Shown here one piece after another: positions 1 to 10,144 of a stretch of DNA of 32,000 nucleotides (positions are counted from its first letter, which is position 1; every line of letters begins with the position of its first letter). A program made the position numbers and the translations under genes. The stretch is taken from NCBI RefSeq assembly GCF_053903005.1, contig NZ_AP045057.1. The stretch is one strand, 5' to 3'. The notes under the pieces were generated by a model. It was not told the origin of the DNA and did not search any database. It was given only the letters and a program-made list of their open reading frames with translations.

Positions 1-354
1 GAGGGGCACATCTATTTCATCGCCCTGACGCACATTGTCAAAGCCCCGCGCAAAGGTACGGAACTGATTCAGGCGACGTAATTCATCAACGGTGATACCA
101 AAGCGTGCCGCGACCGTTGGTGGCGATTCCAACGCACCCAGGGTATATGGAATAGTTTTAACGTTCGGCAGGATCAGTGACGCGGCAGTATCCGAGTGCG
201 CAGGATTAATATGCGTAGGGGCAGCAGCCATAACAGGGAAAATAGTTTGTGTTATCAGGCAAATACCGGCGGTCAGACGACGTAAACGATCCCCCAATCC
301 ACATATGGTGTTATCGCCCCGACGATCGCCATTCCCATGCGCTTTCCCTGCCAT
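1..354 (-). CDS. N-terminal part of an intimin/invasin-like inverse autotransporter adhesin (truncated by window edge)
   Basis: Manual reverse-strand translation from ATG at 354 is open to base 1: MAGKAHGNGDRRGDNTICGLGDRLRRLTAGICLITQTIFPVMAAAPTHINPAHSDTAASLILPNVKTIPYTLGALESPPTVAARFGITVDELRRLNQFRTFARGFDNVRQGDEIDVPL. It has a long Sec-type signal and a LysM-like 'VAARFGITVDELRRLNQFRTFARGF' segment typical of YeeJ/FdeC/intimin relatives. An in-frame TGA lies just upstream, with AGGGA before the ATG. Confidence 0.8.
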   Translation of the reverse strand, partial: MAGKAHGNGDRRGDNTICGLGDRLRRLTAGICLITQTIFPVMAAAPTHINPAHSDTAASLILPNVKTIPYTLGALESPPTVAARFGITVDELRRLNQFRTFARGFDNVRQGDEIDVPL

Positions 355-555
355 TTGTCATCCCTGTCGCTATGCGTTCAGATTAAATGACCTTTCTTTA
401 ACATGAGAGAAAATGATGATTCATGATTAGCAAATGATGAATACAGGCGGAATAATGGAAATAACAACAAGATAAGAACAATGCCTGATCAATGGTTATC
501 AGGGGAAGAACAGGAGAGCTTTCCCGCCAGAGCAGTAACCCCTCCTGTAAATACG

Positions 556-1740
556 TTACTTCATTTTCACCTTTGCGGTGACCAATAACGCCGTCAGCAA
601 CATCAATGTGCCGGACAACATCAACGGCGAAGTCAGACCAATATTATCCAGCGCATAACCGCCGATTGCCGCGCCACAGGTATTAGCAAGCTGAATAACC
701 GCCACCTGAATAGACCCGGCTTTTTCTGCCTGATCGGCCAGTGAGCGGGTGATCCACGTTGACCAGCCGACAGGAACCAATGCAAAAGTTAGCCCCCAGA
801 TAATCGCCACGCCGGTAGCAACGATTTTATCGCTTCCCCACAACGTCAGCACCAACGCACTCACAGCCAGTATTAACGGCGCGCCTGCTAAGGCCAGTTT
901 TACCGAACGTTTAAGAATGAACGACGAAAGCGACGTACCAATAAAGCTGGCGATACCAAAACTCAACAGCACCAGCGTTAAGCCATCCACGCCGAATCCC
1001 GCCAGGTTCATATACACCGGGCGAATATACGTGAAGAAAGCAAACTGCCCGGCGAAAGACATGAAGATGGCGAGCATCCCTGCCATCACACCCGGACGTT
1101 GTAATAAGCGGAAAGTATTTTGTTTCTGATGCGAGGGTTCGCCTGGCAGCGAAGGCAATGATTTGATAATCCAGAAAATACACAACACGCCCATCGCCGC
1201 CGCCGCATTAAAGACATTGCGCCAACCGATAAGCTCGCCTAAAAAACTGCCCAACGGCGCAGCAATCACCAGCGCAATAGAAACCGCGCCGAAGATCACC
1301 GACAGCGCCTTCGGCACCGTACGCGGCGGTACCAGACGCATGGTCAGCGACGCCGACATCGCCCAGAACCCGCCCAGCGCCAGCCCCAGACAGGCACGAC
1401 CGATTAAAAGCAAACTGAATGAGTTAGCAAAGGAAACCAGCAAGCAGGAGAGCGTCAGCAAAACGGCAAACAAAATAACAACGTAGCGGCGGTCAGTGGC
1501 CTGAATTGTCTGGGTAATAAACAAACTGGCAAACATTGCCACAAAGGCGGTCACGGTCACCGATTGCCCGGCAACCCCTTCCGAAATGCCTAAATCCTGG
1601 GCCATTGGCGTCAACAAACTGACAGGCAAAAACTCAACGATAATCAGACAGGCGACGCAAAACGCCACCGAGAAAACGGCTGACCAGTTCGGTCGGGTGA
1701 TGGCATCCGCGCCGCGGTTTTCGGCAATAAATTCACTCAT
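556..1740 (-). CDS. nepI: MFS purine ribonucleoside efflux pump NepI
   Basis: ORF 556..1914; internal start [27 protein letters not shown] at 1740 matches the recognised NepI (YicM) sequence; multiple TM segments. Confidence 0.93.
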   Translation of the reverse strand: MSEFIAENRGADAITRPNWSAVFSVAFCVACLIIVEFLPVSLLTPMAQDLGISEGVAGQSVTVTAFVAMFASLFITQTIQATDRRYVVILFAVLLTLSCLLVSFANSFSLLLIGRACLGLALGGFWAMSASLTMRLVPPRTVPKALSVIFGAVSIALVIAAPLGSFLGELIGWRNVFNAAAAMGVLCIFWIIKSLPSLPGEPSHQKQNTFRLLQRPGVMAGMLAIFMSFAGQFAFFTYIRPVYMNLAGFGVDGLTLVLLSFGIASFIGTSLSSFILKRSVKLALAGAPLILAVSALVLTLWGSDKIVATGVAIIWGLTFALVPVGWSTWITRSLADQAEKAGSIQVAVIQLANTCGAAIGGYALDNIGLTSPLMLSGTLMLLTALLVTAKVKMK

Positions 1741-1919
1741 GGTGTTACCCGTGGCATGTTTCAGGGGAAAAGCCGACCACTTTAACATTGAAATGTGTGA
1801 CGCATTTAACGTTTTTGCAACTTTTACGGTGTTGTGGGAAAGTTCGAGGCTGCTCGAAGAAATAAAAATCATAGGGCAAGGTGATATGTATTTTCGCGAT
1901 TGTGTTGGGAACAAGGGAT

Positions 1920-1946
1920 AAAGTATTGCACTTGGTGATATACTTT
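1920..1946. promoter_or_regulatory. Candidate operator for the toxin-antitoxin pair (7-bp inverted repeat AAAGTAT-N13-ATACTTT)
   Basis: Perfect 7-bp inverted repeat ending 20 nt upstream of the toxin ATG, the usual place for autoregulation. Confidence 0.45.
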
Positions 1947-1966
1947 AATAACAGGACCTCAACGAT

Positions 1967-2326
1967 ATGCGCGTGTTTAAAACCAAATGGTTTGCAAGGG
2001 AAGCCAGGTCTCATGCAATAACAGATGAAGAGTTGTGCCGGGCCATTTTAGAAACGGAACAAGGTAAAGCTGATGCACTTGGCGGTGGCGTTTTTAAAAA
2101 GCGCCTTCACCAAAATCGTGAGCGTGCAATTATTCTGGCGAAAGGAGGAAGCAATTGGTTTTACACGTTTTTATATGCAAAACAGGATATGTCGAACATC
2201 AATAGTCAGGAACTGGCTGGGTTTCGTGAAATTGCAAAGCATTATGCCTTCCTGACGAAAGCCCAACTAACAGCAATGATTAACACTAAAGAACTGACAG
2301 AGATCTGCTATGACTGCAAAAACTAA
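1967..2326 (+). CDS. RelE/HigB-like toxin of a type II toxin-antitoxin module
   Basis: 119 aa, MRVFKTKWFAREARSHAITDEELCRAILETEQG...FKKRLHQNRERAIILAKGGSNWFYTFLYAKQD, resembling HigB/RelE-like toxins. Overlaps the downstream HTH gene by 17 nt. Confidence 0.8.
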   Translation: MRVFKTKWFAREARSHAITDEELCRAILETEQGKADALGGGVFKKRLHQNRERAIILAKGGSNWFYTFLYAKQDMSNINSQELAGFREIAKHYAFLTKAQLTAMINTKELTEICYDCKN

Positions 2327-2633
2327 ATTTAAAAGTCCTGCATTTGAGGCTATTCACAGCGCAGCGGCTGGATTGTCCAGCGTCGATGCTATTTCTGCCG
2401 AAACGATGCGTACTTTTGACAAAGCCTGCCTGACCAGCGTGCAAGACTTACAACCTGTTGAGATAAAAGCACTGCGGGAAAAATTAAAAGTGAGTCAGCC
2501 CGTCTTCGCTCACTATCTCAATACCAGCGTTTCAACTGTACAAAAATGGGAAAGTGGCGCTAAACGCCCCAATGGCATTTCATTAAAACTGCTCAGCATT
2601 GTGCAAAAACACGGGCTGGAGGTGCTGCTGTAA
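2310..2633 (+). CDS. HTH-domain antitoxin / autoregulator (HigA-like)
   Basis: 107 aa; C-terminal Xre-like HTH 'IKALREKLKVSQPVFAHYLNTSVSTVQKWESGAKRPNGISLKLLSIVQKHGLEVL'; translationally coupled to the preceding toxin ORF. Confidence 0.82.
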   Translation: MTAKTKFKSPAFEAIHSAAAGLSSVDAISAETMRTFDKACLTSVQDLQPVEIKALREKLKVSQPVFAHYLNTSVSTVQKWESGAKRPNGISLKLLSIVQKHGLEVLL

Positions 2634-2674
2634 ATAGAACGTAGATAATGCATTCACCTACTGTCAGTTCCAAT

Positions 2675-2745
2675 ACCGGATGCGGCGTGAACGCCTTATC
2701 CACCCTACAGGTCAGGCGCGGTCTGTAGGCTGATAAGACGAAGCG
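2675..2745. repeat. REP/BIME-like element
   Basis: CCGGATGCGGCGTGAACGCCTTATCC with a partial inverted copy (ggctgataagacg) between the antitoxin and yicN; typical enterobacterial REP consensus. Confidence 0.75.
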
Positions 2746-2748
2746 GTT

Positions 2749-3201
2749 TTAATGCAGCCAGTGAACGCCCTCGGCAGGCTGAAAGAACGCGTTATAGCGC
2801 ATCTGAAAAGCATTAATATCCTGCATTTCAGGTTCGGTTTCGCGCAGAAAACCCAGCGCCAGCCTGACCTGAGCATCAGTAATCGGCGCGGCAAGGCGGG
2901 CTTTTTGTAAAATCCGATGCCATTGCAGCAGATTCTGTTCGCTACCATCGACAATGACAATTTGCCAGATGAGCAACACCTGCGCGGCGTTTTGCAGGTG
3001 CGACTCATCCGGACGATGCAAATAACGTAAAAATTCGTCACCGGCTGACTTTCCCATTTGATCGACCATCGACTCCACGGGTACGACATCGATATTCAGC
3101 CGATCGCTGAGACGGCGAATCGCTTTTCTGGCCCCGGATGTCAGCACCCGAAAACCAACCACAAACACTACCGCCAGCGTGGCGAGCATTATCCAGATCA
3201 T
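2749..3201 (-). CDS. yicN: DUF1198 family protein YicN
   Basis: 150 aa, MIWIMLATLAVVFVVGFRVLTSGARKAIRRLSDRLN...; recognised sequence and synteny; start placed at the internal Met. Confidence 0.88.
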   Translation of the reverse strand: MIWIMLATLAVVFVVGFRVLTSGARKAIRRLSDRLNIDVVPVESMVDQMGKSAGDEFLRYLHRPDESHLQNAAQVLLIWQIVIVDGSEQNLLQWHRILQKARLAAPITDAQVRLALGFLRETEPEMQDINAFQMRYNAFFQPAEGVHWLH

Positions 3202-3253
3202 GAGTTCTCCTGCGTAATCAGAACTCATGATATCTGGAAACCCTCGCCAGTTA

Positions 3254-4588
3254 CTAATCCACCAGAATAATCTTCAGTGCAAACAGAGCTGCGACCACCA
3301 CCACACACAGGTTCAGATCGCGCCAGCGCCCGGTGCACACTTTCATGATGCAGTACGACATAAAGCCAAGTGCAATCCCTTCGGTAATCGAGAAAGTAAA
3401 GGGCATCATCACCGTGGTAATAAATGCGGGCACCGATTCGGTAAAATCATCCCAGTTAACGCGCGCCAGGCTCGAAGTCATCAGCACGCCAACAAAGATT
3501 AACGCTCCGGCGGTTGCGTAAGGAGGAACCATCGCCACCAGCGGTGAGAAGAACATAACCAACAGGAACATAACGCCGACCACAACCGCAGTCAGCCCCG
3601 TGCGACCACCGACTGCCACACCAGAAGTACTTTCAATATAGGCGGTAACAGACGAGGTGCCGATAAACGCGCCCGCCACCGAACTGACGCTATCAACATA
3701 TAGCGCCTTATTCATATTGGGGAATTTACCGTTACTATCTATTAAGCCAGCTTTATCAGTTACACCAATTAATGTTCCTGATGAATCAAATAGGTTGATC
3801 AGCATAAAGGAGAAAATGATACCGGCGAGTTCAAGTGTTAACGCGCCGCTCAAATCTACTTCACCAATGACGCCGCTAATATCAGGCGGAATGGAATAGA
3901 TGCCGCTAAAATGAACATCACCGAAAAATAATCCACAGCAAGACGTCACCACAATAGAAACCAGCACCGCGGCATGAAAATGACGTGATGACAACACGGT
4001 TATAATAAAAAACCCTAAAATACCTAACAACACGCCGTGAGAACTTAAATCGCCAATCATCACCAGGGTGTCTTTATTGGCGACAATAACGCCAGTGTTT
4101 TTTAATCCCATTAAGGCAATAAATAATCCGATTCCGCTGGTGATGCCAATACGTAAACTTAATGGAATGTTGGAGATCATCCAGTAACGGATACGAAACA
4201 GCGTGAGCAAAAATAGCCCAATTGCGCCCCAGAATATCGCGCCCATCCCGGTCTGCCAAGAGATACCCATCGCCCCCACGACCACGAACGCAAAGAAGGC
4301 GTTCAGCCCCATTGCCGGAGCCAGCGCCACGGGTAAGTTAGCAAATATCCCCATCGCAATACTGCCGATACCGGCAATCAAACAGGTGGTAACAAACACC
4401 ACTTTCGGGTCCATTTGTGCCGCGCCGAGGATTTGCGGGTTCACAAAAACGATGTACACCATGGTTAAAAAAGTGGTCATCCCCGCAATCAATTCTGTGC
4501 GGACGGTGGTCCCATGCTGAGGTAGTTTAAATAATCGCGAAAGCGTCCCTGATTCATTACTCACGTAATCGGTATTGTCATTATTCAT
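3254..4588 (-). CDS. adeQ: Adenine permease AdeQ (YicO), AzgA-type NCS2 family
   Basis: 444 aa from MNNDNTDYVSNESGTLSRLFKLPQHGTTVRTELIAGMTTFLTMVYIVFVNPQILG; AzgA-type permease; divergent from ade. Confidence 0.9.
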   Translation of the reverse strand: MNNDNTDYVSNESGTLSRLFKLPQHGTTVRTELIAGMTTFLTMVYIVFVNPQILGAAQMDPKVVFVTTCLIAGIGSIAMGIFANLPVALAPAMGLNAFFAFVVVGAMGISWQTGMGAIFWGAIGLFLLTLFRIRYWMISNIPLSLRIGITSGIGLFIALMGLKNTGVIVANKDTLVMIGDLSSHGVLLGILGFFIITVLSSRHFHAAVLVSIVVTSCCGLFFGDVHFSGIYSIPPDISGVIGEVDLSGALTLELAGIIFSFMLINLFDSSGTLIGVTDKAGLIDSNGKFPNMNKALYVDSVSSVAGAFIGTSSVTAYIESTSGVAVGGRTGLTAVVVGVMFLLVMFFSPLVAMVPPYATAGALIFVGVLMTSSLARVNWDDFTESVPAFITTVMMPFTFSITEGIALGFMSYCIMKVCTGRWRDLNLCVVVVAALFALKIILVD

Positions 4589-4762
4589 TTTTTTGTCCAT
4601 TGGAGGAGATTTAATCCCTTGCTTTTGTAAAACAAATGACAACAACGGTTCAGTGATAATTATCACATTTCAATTGCACATTAATGGATATTCTTTAATA
4701 ATCTCGCGACGTTTCTTTATGATAAATAATAATCAAATTGATAAAATCAAAATGAGAAAAAT

Positions 4763-6529
4763 ATGAATAATTCTATTAACCATAAATTTCATCACATTAG
4801 CCGGGCGGAATACCAGGAATTGTTAGCCGTTTCCCGTGGCGACGCTGTTGCCGATTATATTATTGATAATGTCTCTATTCTCGACCTGATCAATGGCGGA
4901 GAAATTTCCGGCCCAATTGTGATTAAAGGACGTTACATTGCTGGTGTTGGCGCAGAATACACTGATGCTCCGGCTTTGCAGCGGATTGATGCCCGCGGCG
5001 CAACGGCGGTGCCAGGGTTTATTGATGCTCACCTGCATATTGAATCCAGCATGATGACGCCGGTCACCTTTGAAACCGCTACCCTGCCGCGCGGCCTGAC
5101 GACCGTTATTTGCGACCCTCATGAAATCGTCAACGTGATGGGCGAAGCCGGTTTCGCCTGGTTTGCCCGCTGTGCCGAACAGGCAAGGCAAAACCAATAC
5201 TTGCAGGTCAGCTCTTGCGTACCCGCCCTGGAAGGCTGCGATGTTAACGGTGCCAGTTTTACCCTTGAACAGATGCTCGCCTGGCGGGACCATCCGCAGG
5301 TTACCGGCCTTGCAGAAATGATGGACTACCCTGGCGTAATTAGCGGGCAGAATGCGCTGCTCGATAAACTGGATGCATTTCGCCACCTGACGCTGGACGG
5401 TCACTGCCCGGGTTTGGGTGGTAAAGAACTTAACGCCTATATTGCTGCGGGTATTGAAAACTGCCACGAAAGTTATCAGCTGGAAGAAGGACGCCGGAAA
5501 TTACAACTCGGCATGTCGTTGATGATCCGCGAAGGGTCCGCTGCCCGCAATCTCAACGCACTGGCACCGTTGATCAACGAATTTAACAGCCCGCAATGCA
5601 TGCTCTGTACTGATGACCGTAACCCGTGGGAGATCGCCCATGAAGGACACATCGATGCCTTAATTCGCCGCCTGATCGAACAACACAATGTGCCGCTGCA
5701 TGTGGCATATCGCGTCGCCAGCTGGTCGACGGCGCGCCACTTTGGTCTGAATCACCTCGGCTTACTGGCACCCGGTAAGCAGGCTGATATCGTCCTGTTG
5801 AGCGATGCGCGTAAGGTCACGGTGCAGCAGGTACTGGTGAAAGGCGAACCGATTGACGCGCAAACCTTACAGGCGGAAGAGTCGGCGAGACTGGCACAAT
5901 CCGCTCCGCCATATGGCAACACCATTGCCCGCCAGCCAGTTTCCGCCAGCGACTTTGCCCTGCAATTTACGCCCGGAAAACGCTATCGGGTCATTGACGT
6001 CATCCATAACGAATTGATTACGCACTCCCGCTCCAGCGTCTACAGCGAAAATGGTTTTGATCGCGATGATGTGTGCTTTATTGCCGTACTTGAGCGTTAC
6101 GGGCAACGTCTGGCTCCGGCTTGTGGTTTGCTCGGCGGCTTTGGTCTGAATGAAGGCGCGCTGGCTGCGACGGTCAGCCATGACAGCCATAATATTGTGG
6201 TGATCGGTCGCAGTGCCGAAGAGATGGCGCTGGCGGTCAATCAGGTGATTCAGGATGGCGGCGGGCTGTGCGTGGTACGTAACGGACAGGTCCAAAGTCA
6301 TCTACCGTTACCCATTGCCGGCCTGATGAGCACCGACACGGCGCAGTCACTGGCGGAGCAAATTGACGCCTTGAAAGCCGCCGCCCGTGAATGCGGTCCG
6401 TTACCGGATGAGCCGTTTATTCAGATGGCGTTTCTTTCCCTGCCAGTGATCCCCGCGCTGAAACTAACCAGTCAGGGGCTGTTTGATGGCGAGAAGTTTG
6501 CCTTCACCACGCTGGAAGTCACTGAATAA
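4763..6529 (+). CDS. ade: Adenine deaminase
   Basis: 588 aa; '[16 protein letters not shown]' metal-binding motif; full-length match to recognised E. coli Ade. Confidence 0.95.
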   Translation: MNNSINHKFHHISRAEYQELLAVSRGDAVADYIIDNVSILDLINGGEISGPIVIKGRYIAGVGAEYTDAPALQRIDARGATAVPGFIDAHLHIESSMMTPVTFETATLPRGLTTVICDPHEIVNVMGEAGFAWFARCAEQARQNQYLQVSSCVPALEGCDVNGASFTLEQMLAWRDHPQVTGLAEMMDYPGVISGQNALLDKLDAFRHLTLDGHCPGLGGKELNAYIAAGIENCHESYQLEEGRRKLQLGMSLMIREGSAARNLNALAPLINEFNSPQCMLCTDDRNPWEIAHEGHIDALIRRLIEQHNVPLHVAYRVASWSTARHFGLNHLGLLAPGKQADIVLLSDARKVTVQQVLVKGEPIDAQTLQAEESARLAQSAPPYGNTIARQPVSASDFALQFTPGKRYRVIDVIHNELITHSRSSVYSENGFDRDDVCFIAVLERYGQRLAPACGLLGGFGLNEGALAATVSHDSHNIVVIGRSAEEMALAVNQVIQDGGGLCVVRNGQVQSHLPLPIAGLMSTDTAQSLAEQIDALKAAARECGPLPDEPFIQMAFLSLPVIPALKLTSQGLFDGEKFAFTTLEVTE

Positions 6530-6640
6530 TAAATAAATATCCTCCGGCATAGCCGGAGGTTTTTCAAATGCGCCTATAAGGCTCTCTTACCAGCCGCGCC
6601 CTAACAGGCGCACACGATCTGACATTTGCATCCAACTTCG

Positions 6641-7099
6641 TTACTTACGGCCCGTAAACGGGCTGCCCGGATAGGGAATCGATAACTGCTCTCCCATTTT
6701 ATCCTCTTCAAGCTGGTGCTTTATGTAATCCTGTATCTTCGCCGTGTTCTTACCCACCGTATCGACGTAGTACCCTCTGCACCAGAACTCCCTGTTCCTG
6801 TATTTGAATTTCAAATCACCAAACTGCTCGTAAAGCATCAGACTGCTTTTCCCTTTCAGATATCCCATAAAGCCGGATACGCTCATTTTGGGCGGGATCT
6901 CCACAAGCATATGGATATGATCTGCACAGCATTCAGCTTCCAGAATCCGTACACTTTTCCACTCACACAGCTTTCTCAAAATACTGCCTATTGCTCTACG
7001 CTTCTCTCTGTAGAACACCTGTCTTCGGTATTTTGGCGCAAATACTATGTGATATTTACAGTTCCATCGGGTGTGCGCTAAGCTCTTTTCGTTCCCCAT
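6641..7099 (-). CDS. tnpA: IS200 transposase TnpA (Y1 HUH superfamily)
   Basis: 152 aa from MGNEKSLAHTRWNCKYHIVFAPKYRRQVFYREKR; HUH motif 'CCADHIHMLVEIPP'; catalytic Tyr region 'WCRGYYVDTVGKN'. Confidence 0.95.
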   Translation of the reverse strand: MGNEKSLAHTRWNCKYHIVFAPKYRRQVFYREKRRAIGSILRKLCEWKSVRILEAECCADHIHMLVEIPPKMSVSGFMGYLKGKSSLMLYEQFGDLKFKYRNREFWCRGYYVDTVGKNTAKIQDYIKHQLEEDKMGEQLSIPYPGSPFTGRK

Positions 7100-7103
7100 T
7101 GGG

Positions 7104-7175
7104 ACCCCCTTTTGATTTCTTGTTTGACACTTGCAGTTGCCAGACCGCAAGGTGTTTTAACAAATCAAAAGGGGT
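7104..7175 (-). promoter_or_regulatory. IS200 tnpA 5' UTR translation-repressing stem-loop
   Basis: ACCCCCTTTTGATTT (7104-7118) is complementary to AAATCAAAAGGGGT (7162-7175, one internal mismatch/bulge) and covers the GGGGG ribosome-binding region of tnpA. Confidence 0.65.
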
Positions 7176-7242
7176 TTTAATAACTGGCTTAAAGCTGAAA
7201 GCTTTCCGGAACCCCCAGCCTAGCTGGGGGTTTTCTGTGCAC

Positions 7243-7268
7243 AAAAAAAGCCCGGCGTCATGCCGGGC
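7243..7268 (-). terminator. Rho-independent terminator of uhpT
   Basis: Reverse strand GCCCGGCATGACGCCGGGC followed by T7, immediately after the uhpT stop and outside the IS200. Confidence 0.85.
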
Positions 7269-7286
7269 AAAAGTCACCAGTTACGT

Positions 7287-8678
7287 TTATGCCACTGTCA
7301 ACTGCTGAATTTTTTTCTCGCGGCGGATTTTGCGTTCTTCCATCACCGCCACTATCGCCATCAGGCAGATACAACCAATCGCGGCGATATCCAGCGCAGC
7401 GAAGGTGCCTGCCCAGCCGGTAAGGCCGAATACTGGCGTCCCATCGGCAATCATTCCCAGACCTAACTTGGCAAAGCTGTCGCCAATCAGGTAAGCAAAG
7501 GTGCCTTTAATACCATCGGCAGCGCCAATCGCTTTTTTAGGTACAAAGCCAACAGCAGCCACACCAATCAACAATTGCGGGCCAAAGACCAGGAAACCCA
7601 ACGCAAAGAGAGAAGCCAGGTAGATATATTCGTTGCTGGCGTGTTGATACACACCGAGCGTGGCGATAATCAGCGCCAGCGCGATACAGGCCACCAGGCC
7701 ACGGCGACCGTTCGCCAGGTCAGAGAGCCAGCCCCACAGCAGCGTACCGACCAGCGCGCCAGCTTCAAACAGCGTAAAGCCCTGAATCGCCACCGCTTTA
7801 GAGAGTTTCAGTTCCTGGAACGCGTACACAGTTGACCACTGGTCGATACCAATACGTACCACATAGAGGAAAATGTTGGCGAAGCACAGCAGCCAGATCA
7901 CTTTGTTTTTCAGCACATACTCAACAAAGATCTGCCACTTGGTCATATCGGTAGATTCTGTCTCTTTGTCCTCTTCGCTGATCTCCTCGCCGAACAGTTC
8001 TTCAGCTTTGCCGAGGCCATAAGATTCCGGGGAGTCGCTGCCGTAACGCAGGCCGATAAAACCGACAATCAGCGCGATAATCGACGGGAAGATAAACATG
8101 CCGATGACATGGCCATCGAACAGGTAATTTGCGCCGAACAGCGCTACACCTGCCGCGCCTGCACCGCCAAGGTTGTGAGAAATGTTCCAGAAACCGAGGA
8201 AGGTCCCGCGCTTACGACGCGGCGTCCATTTGGTGATGGTGGAGTAACTGCACGAACCGCCGGTGCTCTGGAAAAAGCCGCTTAAGGCGTAGAAGGCAAT
8301 CATCAGGAACAGGCTAACCGAGCCGCTGCCCATACTGGCGCTGAAGCCCAGCATACAAATGGCAGACAGGATCAGCATGAACGGCAGGAATTGTTTGGTG
8401 TTTTTGCCGTCGGCGTAGTAGGAAACCAGCGTTTTACCCACGCCATAAGTGATGGAGAAGCCCAGGCCGATCATCCCCAGCTGCGTCATGCTCAACCCGT
8501 AGGTCGAAATCATATCGTTCTGCGCGATGTTAAAGTTCTTGCGAATCAGGTACATCGTCAGGTAGCCGATAAAGACCACCAGGTAGGATTGCATGAACGG
8601 TTTGAACCACATTTTGCGCCGCACTTCGAGCGGAAGGTCCAGGGTCGGCTTGCGGACCTGGTTTAAGAAAGCCAGCAT
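7287..8678 (-). CDS. uhpT: Hexose-6-phosphate:phosphate antiporter
   Basis: 463 aa, [56 protein letters not shown]; recognised UhpT. Confidence 0.96.
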
Positions 8679-8736
8679 GGGTTACTCCTGAAATGAATAC
8701 CTGCGTGAGGCATGCATTGTAAAAATCAGCAGCAAA

Positions 8737-8769
8737 TCAGGCCTGAGATAGCGTCCAGGCAAAACCTGG
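8737..8769 (-). promoter_or_regulatory. uhpT upstream control region with two UhpA-like symmetric sites
   Basis: TCAGGCCTGA (8737-8746) and CCAGGCAAAACCTGG (8755-8769) lie upstream of uhpT; assignment to UhpA is inference. Confidence 0.5.
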
Positions 8770-8815
8770 AAAATTTCTTAGTTTTGCCGGATATGAAGTG
8801 AAAAGGTGAGATGCA

Positions 8816-10138
8816 TCACGCTTCGCGCGGTGCCTGGGCGTTCAAAAAGGGCAGTAACAGCAGTGCGGAAATCCCGGCGGCGATAGAGATAACCACAAAA
8901 AATCCGCTCCAGTGCCAGGTATCGAGTACTTTCGCCAGTGGCCAACCAGCAAGCGACGCCCCCAGATAAGCAAACAAGCCGACAAACCCCGTCGCCGCCC
9001 CTGCCGCCTCTTTGTGGGAACACTCTGCCGCCGCCATGCCGATTAACATCTGCGGGCCAAAGACAAAAAAACCAATAGTGAAGAAGCAGGTTGCCTGCAT
9101 CACGTAGCTGGCAAATGGCATCAGCCACAGCGAGCCGACTGAAAGCAAAATTCCGGCGGCGAAAATCAAATTCATCGGCCCACGGTTGCCGTTAAACAAT
9201 TTGTCCGAGCCCCAACCGGCTACCAGCGCACCGATAAATCCGCCCAGTTCAAACATCGTCACTGCCGTATTCGCCGTGACCAGATCGACGTCCAGCGTCT
9301 CGGACATATACAAATTGCCCCAGTCGTTGATTGCCGCCCGGACCACATAGACCAGCACATAGCAAAACGAAAGCAGCCAGATATACGGATTCAGTAACAC
9401 ATACTTGGTGAGGATCTCTTTACGCGTCAGCCCTGCCCCTTCTTGTTGTTGAGCAATCTCCAGCGCGTCGTGCCGCCATTCACCGACCGCCGGTAAACCT
9501 AACGCCTGCGGGCGATCGCGCAGCCGCCAGCAGAGAAAAATCCCCACGACGATCGCCATACAACCAGCAATCATCATCCCGGCACGCCAGCCGTAATGTA
9601 GTGCAGCCGCTGCCATCACAATGGGAATGAGTGCGCCGCCGACGTTATGCGCCGTGTTCCATAATGCCCACCAACCGCCGCGCTCGGTACGAGAATACCA
9701 GGCGGTTAATAGACGCGCACACACCGGTGAACCCCAGCCCTGGAAAAAGGCGTTCAGCACCCAGAGTACGGCAAACGCCCATAGCGACGTCGAGAAGCCA
9801 AACAGAATGTTGATAATGCCCGTGGCGATAAGCCCTATCCCCATAAAATAACGGGCATTTGAGCGATCGCTGACAATGCCGGAGACAAACTTCGACACGC
9901 CGTAAGTAATGTAAAACAGGGTCGCTAACAGGCCGATATCGCTACGGCTGAGCACGCCGTTAGCAAGGATTTCTGGTACGGCGGCGTTAAAACTTTTCCG
10001 CGTGAAGTAAAACAGCGCGTAACCCAGCCAGATGGTCAGCAGAATATGCCGACGCCAGTAGCGATAGCGTGCATCAATTTCATGTTTGTCAGTCATTAAT
10101 GGCGCATCGGCAGGCGCTTTCAGAAACGGCAACATCAT
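8816..10138 (-). CDS. uhpC: UhpC, membrane sensor of external glucose-6-phosphate (MFS fold)
   Basis: 440 aa; MFS family, paralogous to UhpT; recognised sequence. Confidence 0.95.
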   Translation of the reverse strand: MMLPFLKAPADAPLMTDKHEIDARYRYWRRHILLTIWLGYALFYFTRKSFNAAVPEILANGVLSRSDIGLLATLFYITYGVSKFVSGIVSDRSNARYFMGIGLIATGIINILFGFSTSLWAFAVLWVLNAFFQGWGSPVCARLLTAWYSRTERGGWWALWNTAHNVGGALIPIVMAAAALHYGWRAGMMIAGCMAIVVGIFLCWRLRDRPQALGLPAVGEWRHDALEIAQQQEGAGLTRKEILTKYVLLNPYIWLLSFCYVLVYVVRAAINDWGNLYMSETLDVDLVTANTAVTMFELGGFIGALVAGWGSDKLFNGNRGPMNLIFAAGILLSVGSLWLMPFASYVMQATCFFTIGFFVFGPQMLIGMAAAECSHKEAAGAATGFVGLFAYLGASLAGWPLAKVLDTWHWSGFFVVISIAAGISALLLLPFLNAQAPREA

Positions 10139-10144
10139 CGAACC

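Larger units (their letters stand above)
6530..7240 (-). mobile_element. IS200-type insertion sequence (boundaries approximate)
   Basis: Y1 transposase ORF; subterminal hairpins CCTCCGGC-ATA-GCCGGAGG (6541-6559) and AACCCCCAGC-CTA-GCTGGGGGTT (7210-7232); no terminal inverted repeats; span of about 0.7 kb is typical of IS200. Confidence 0.88.

Noticed and set aside
4823-5467. Long reverse-strand ORF (214 aa) and other ORFs antisense to ade
   Set aside because: Frame shadows of the well-supported ade coding sequence; no recognisable domains or ribosome-binding context.
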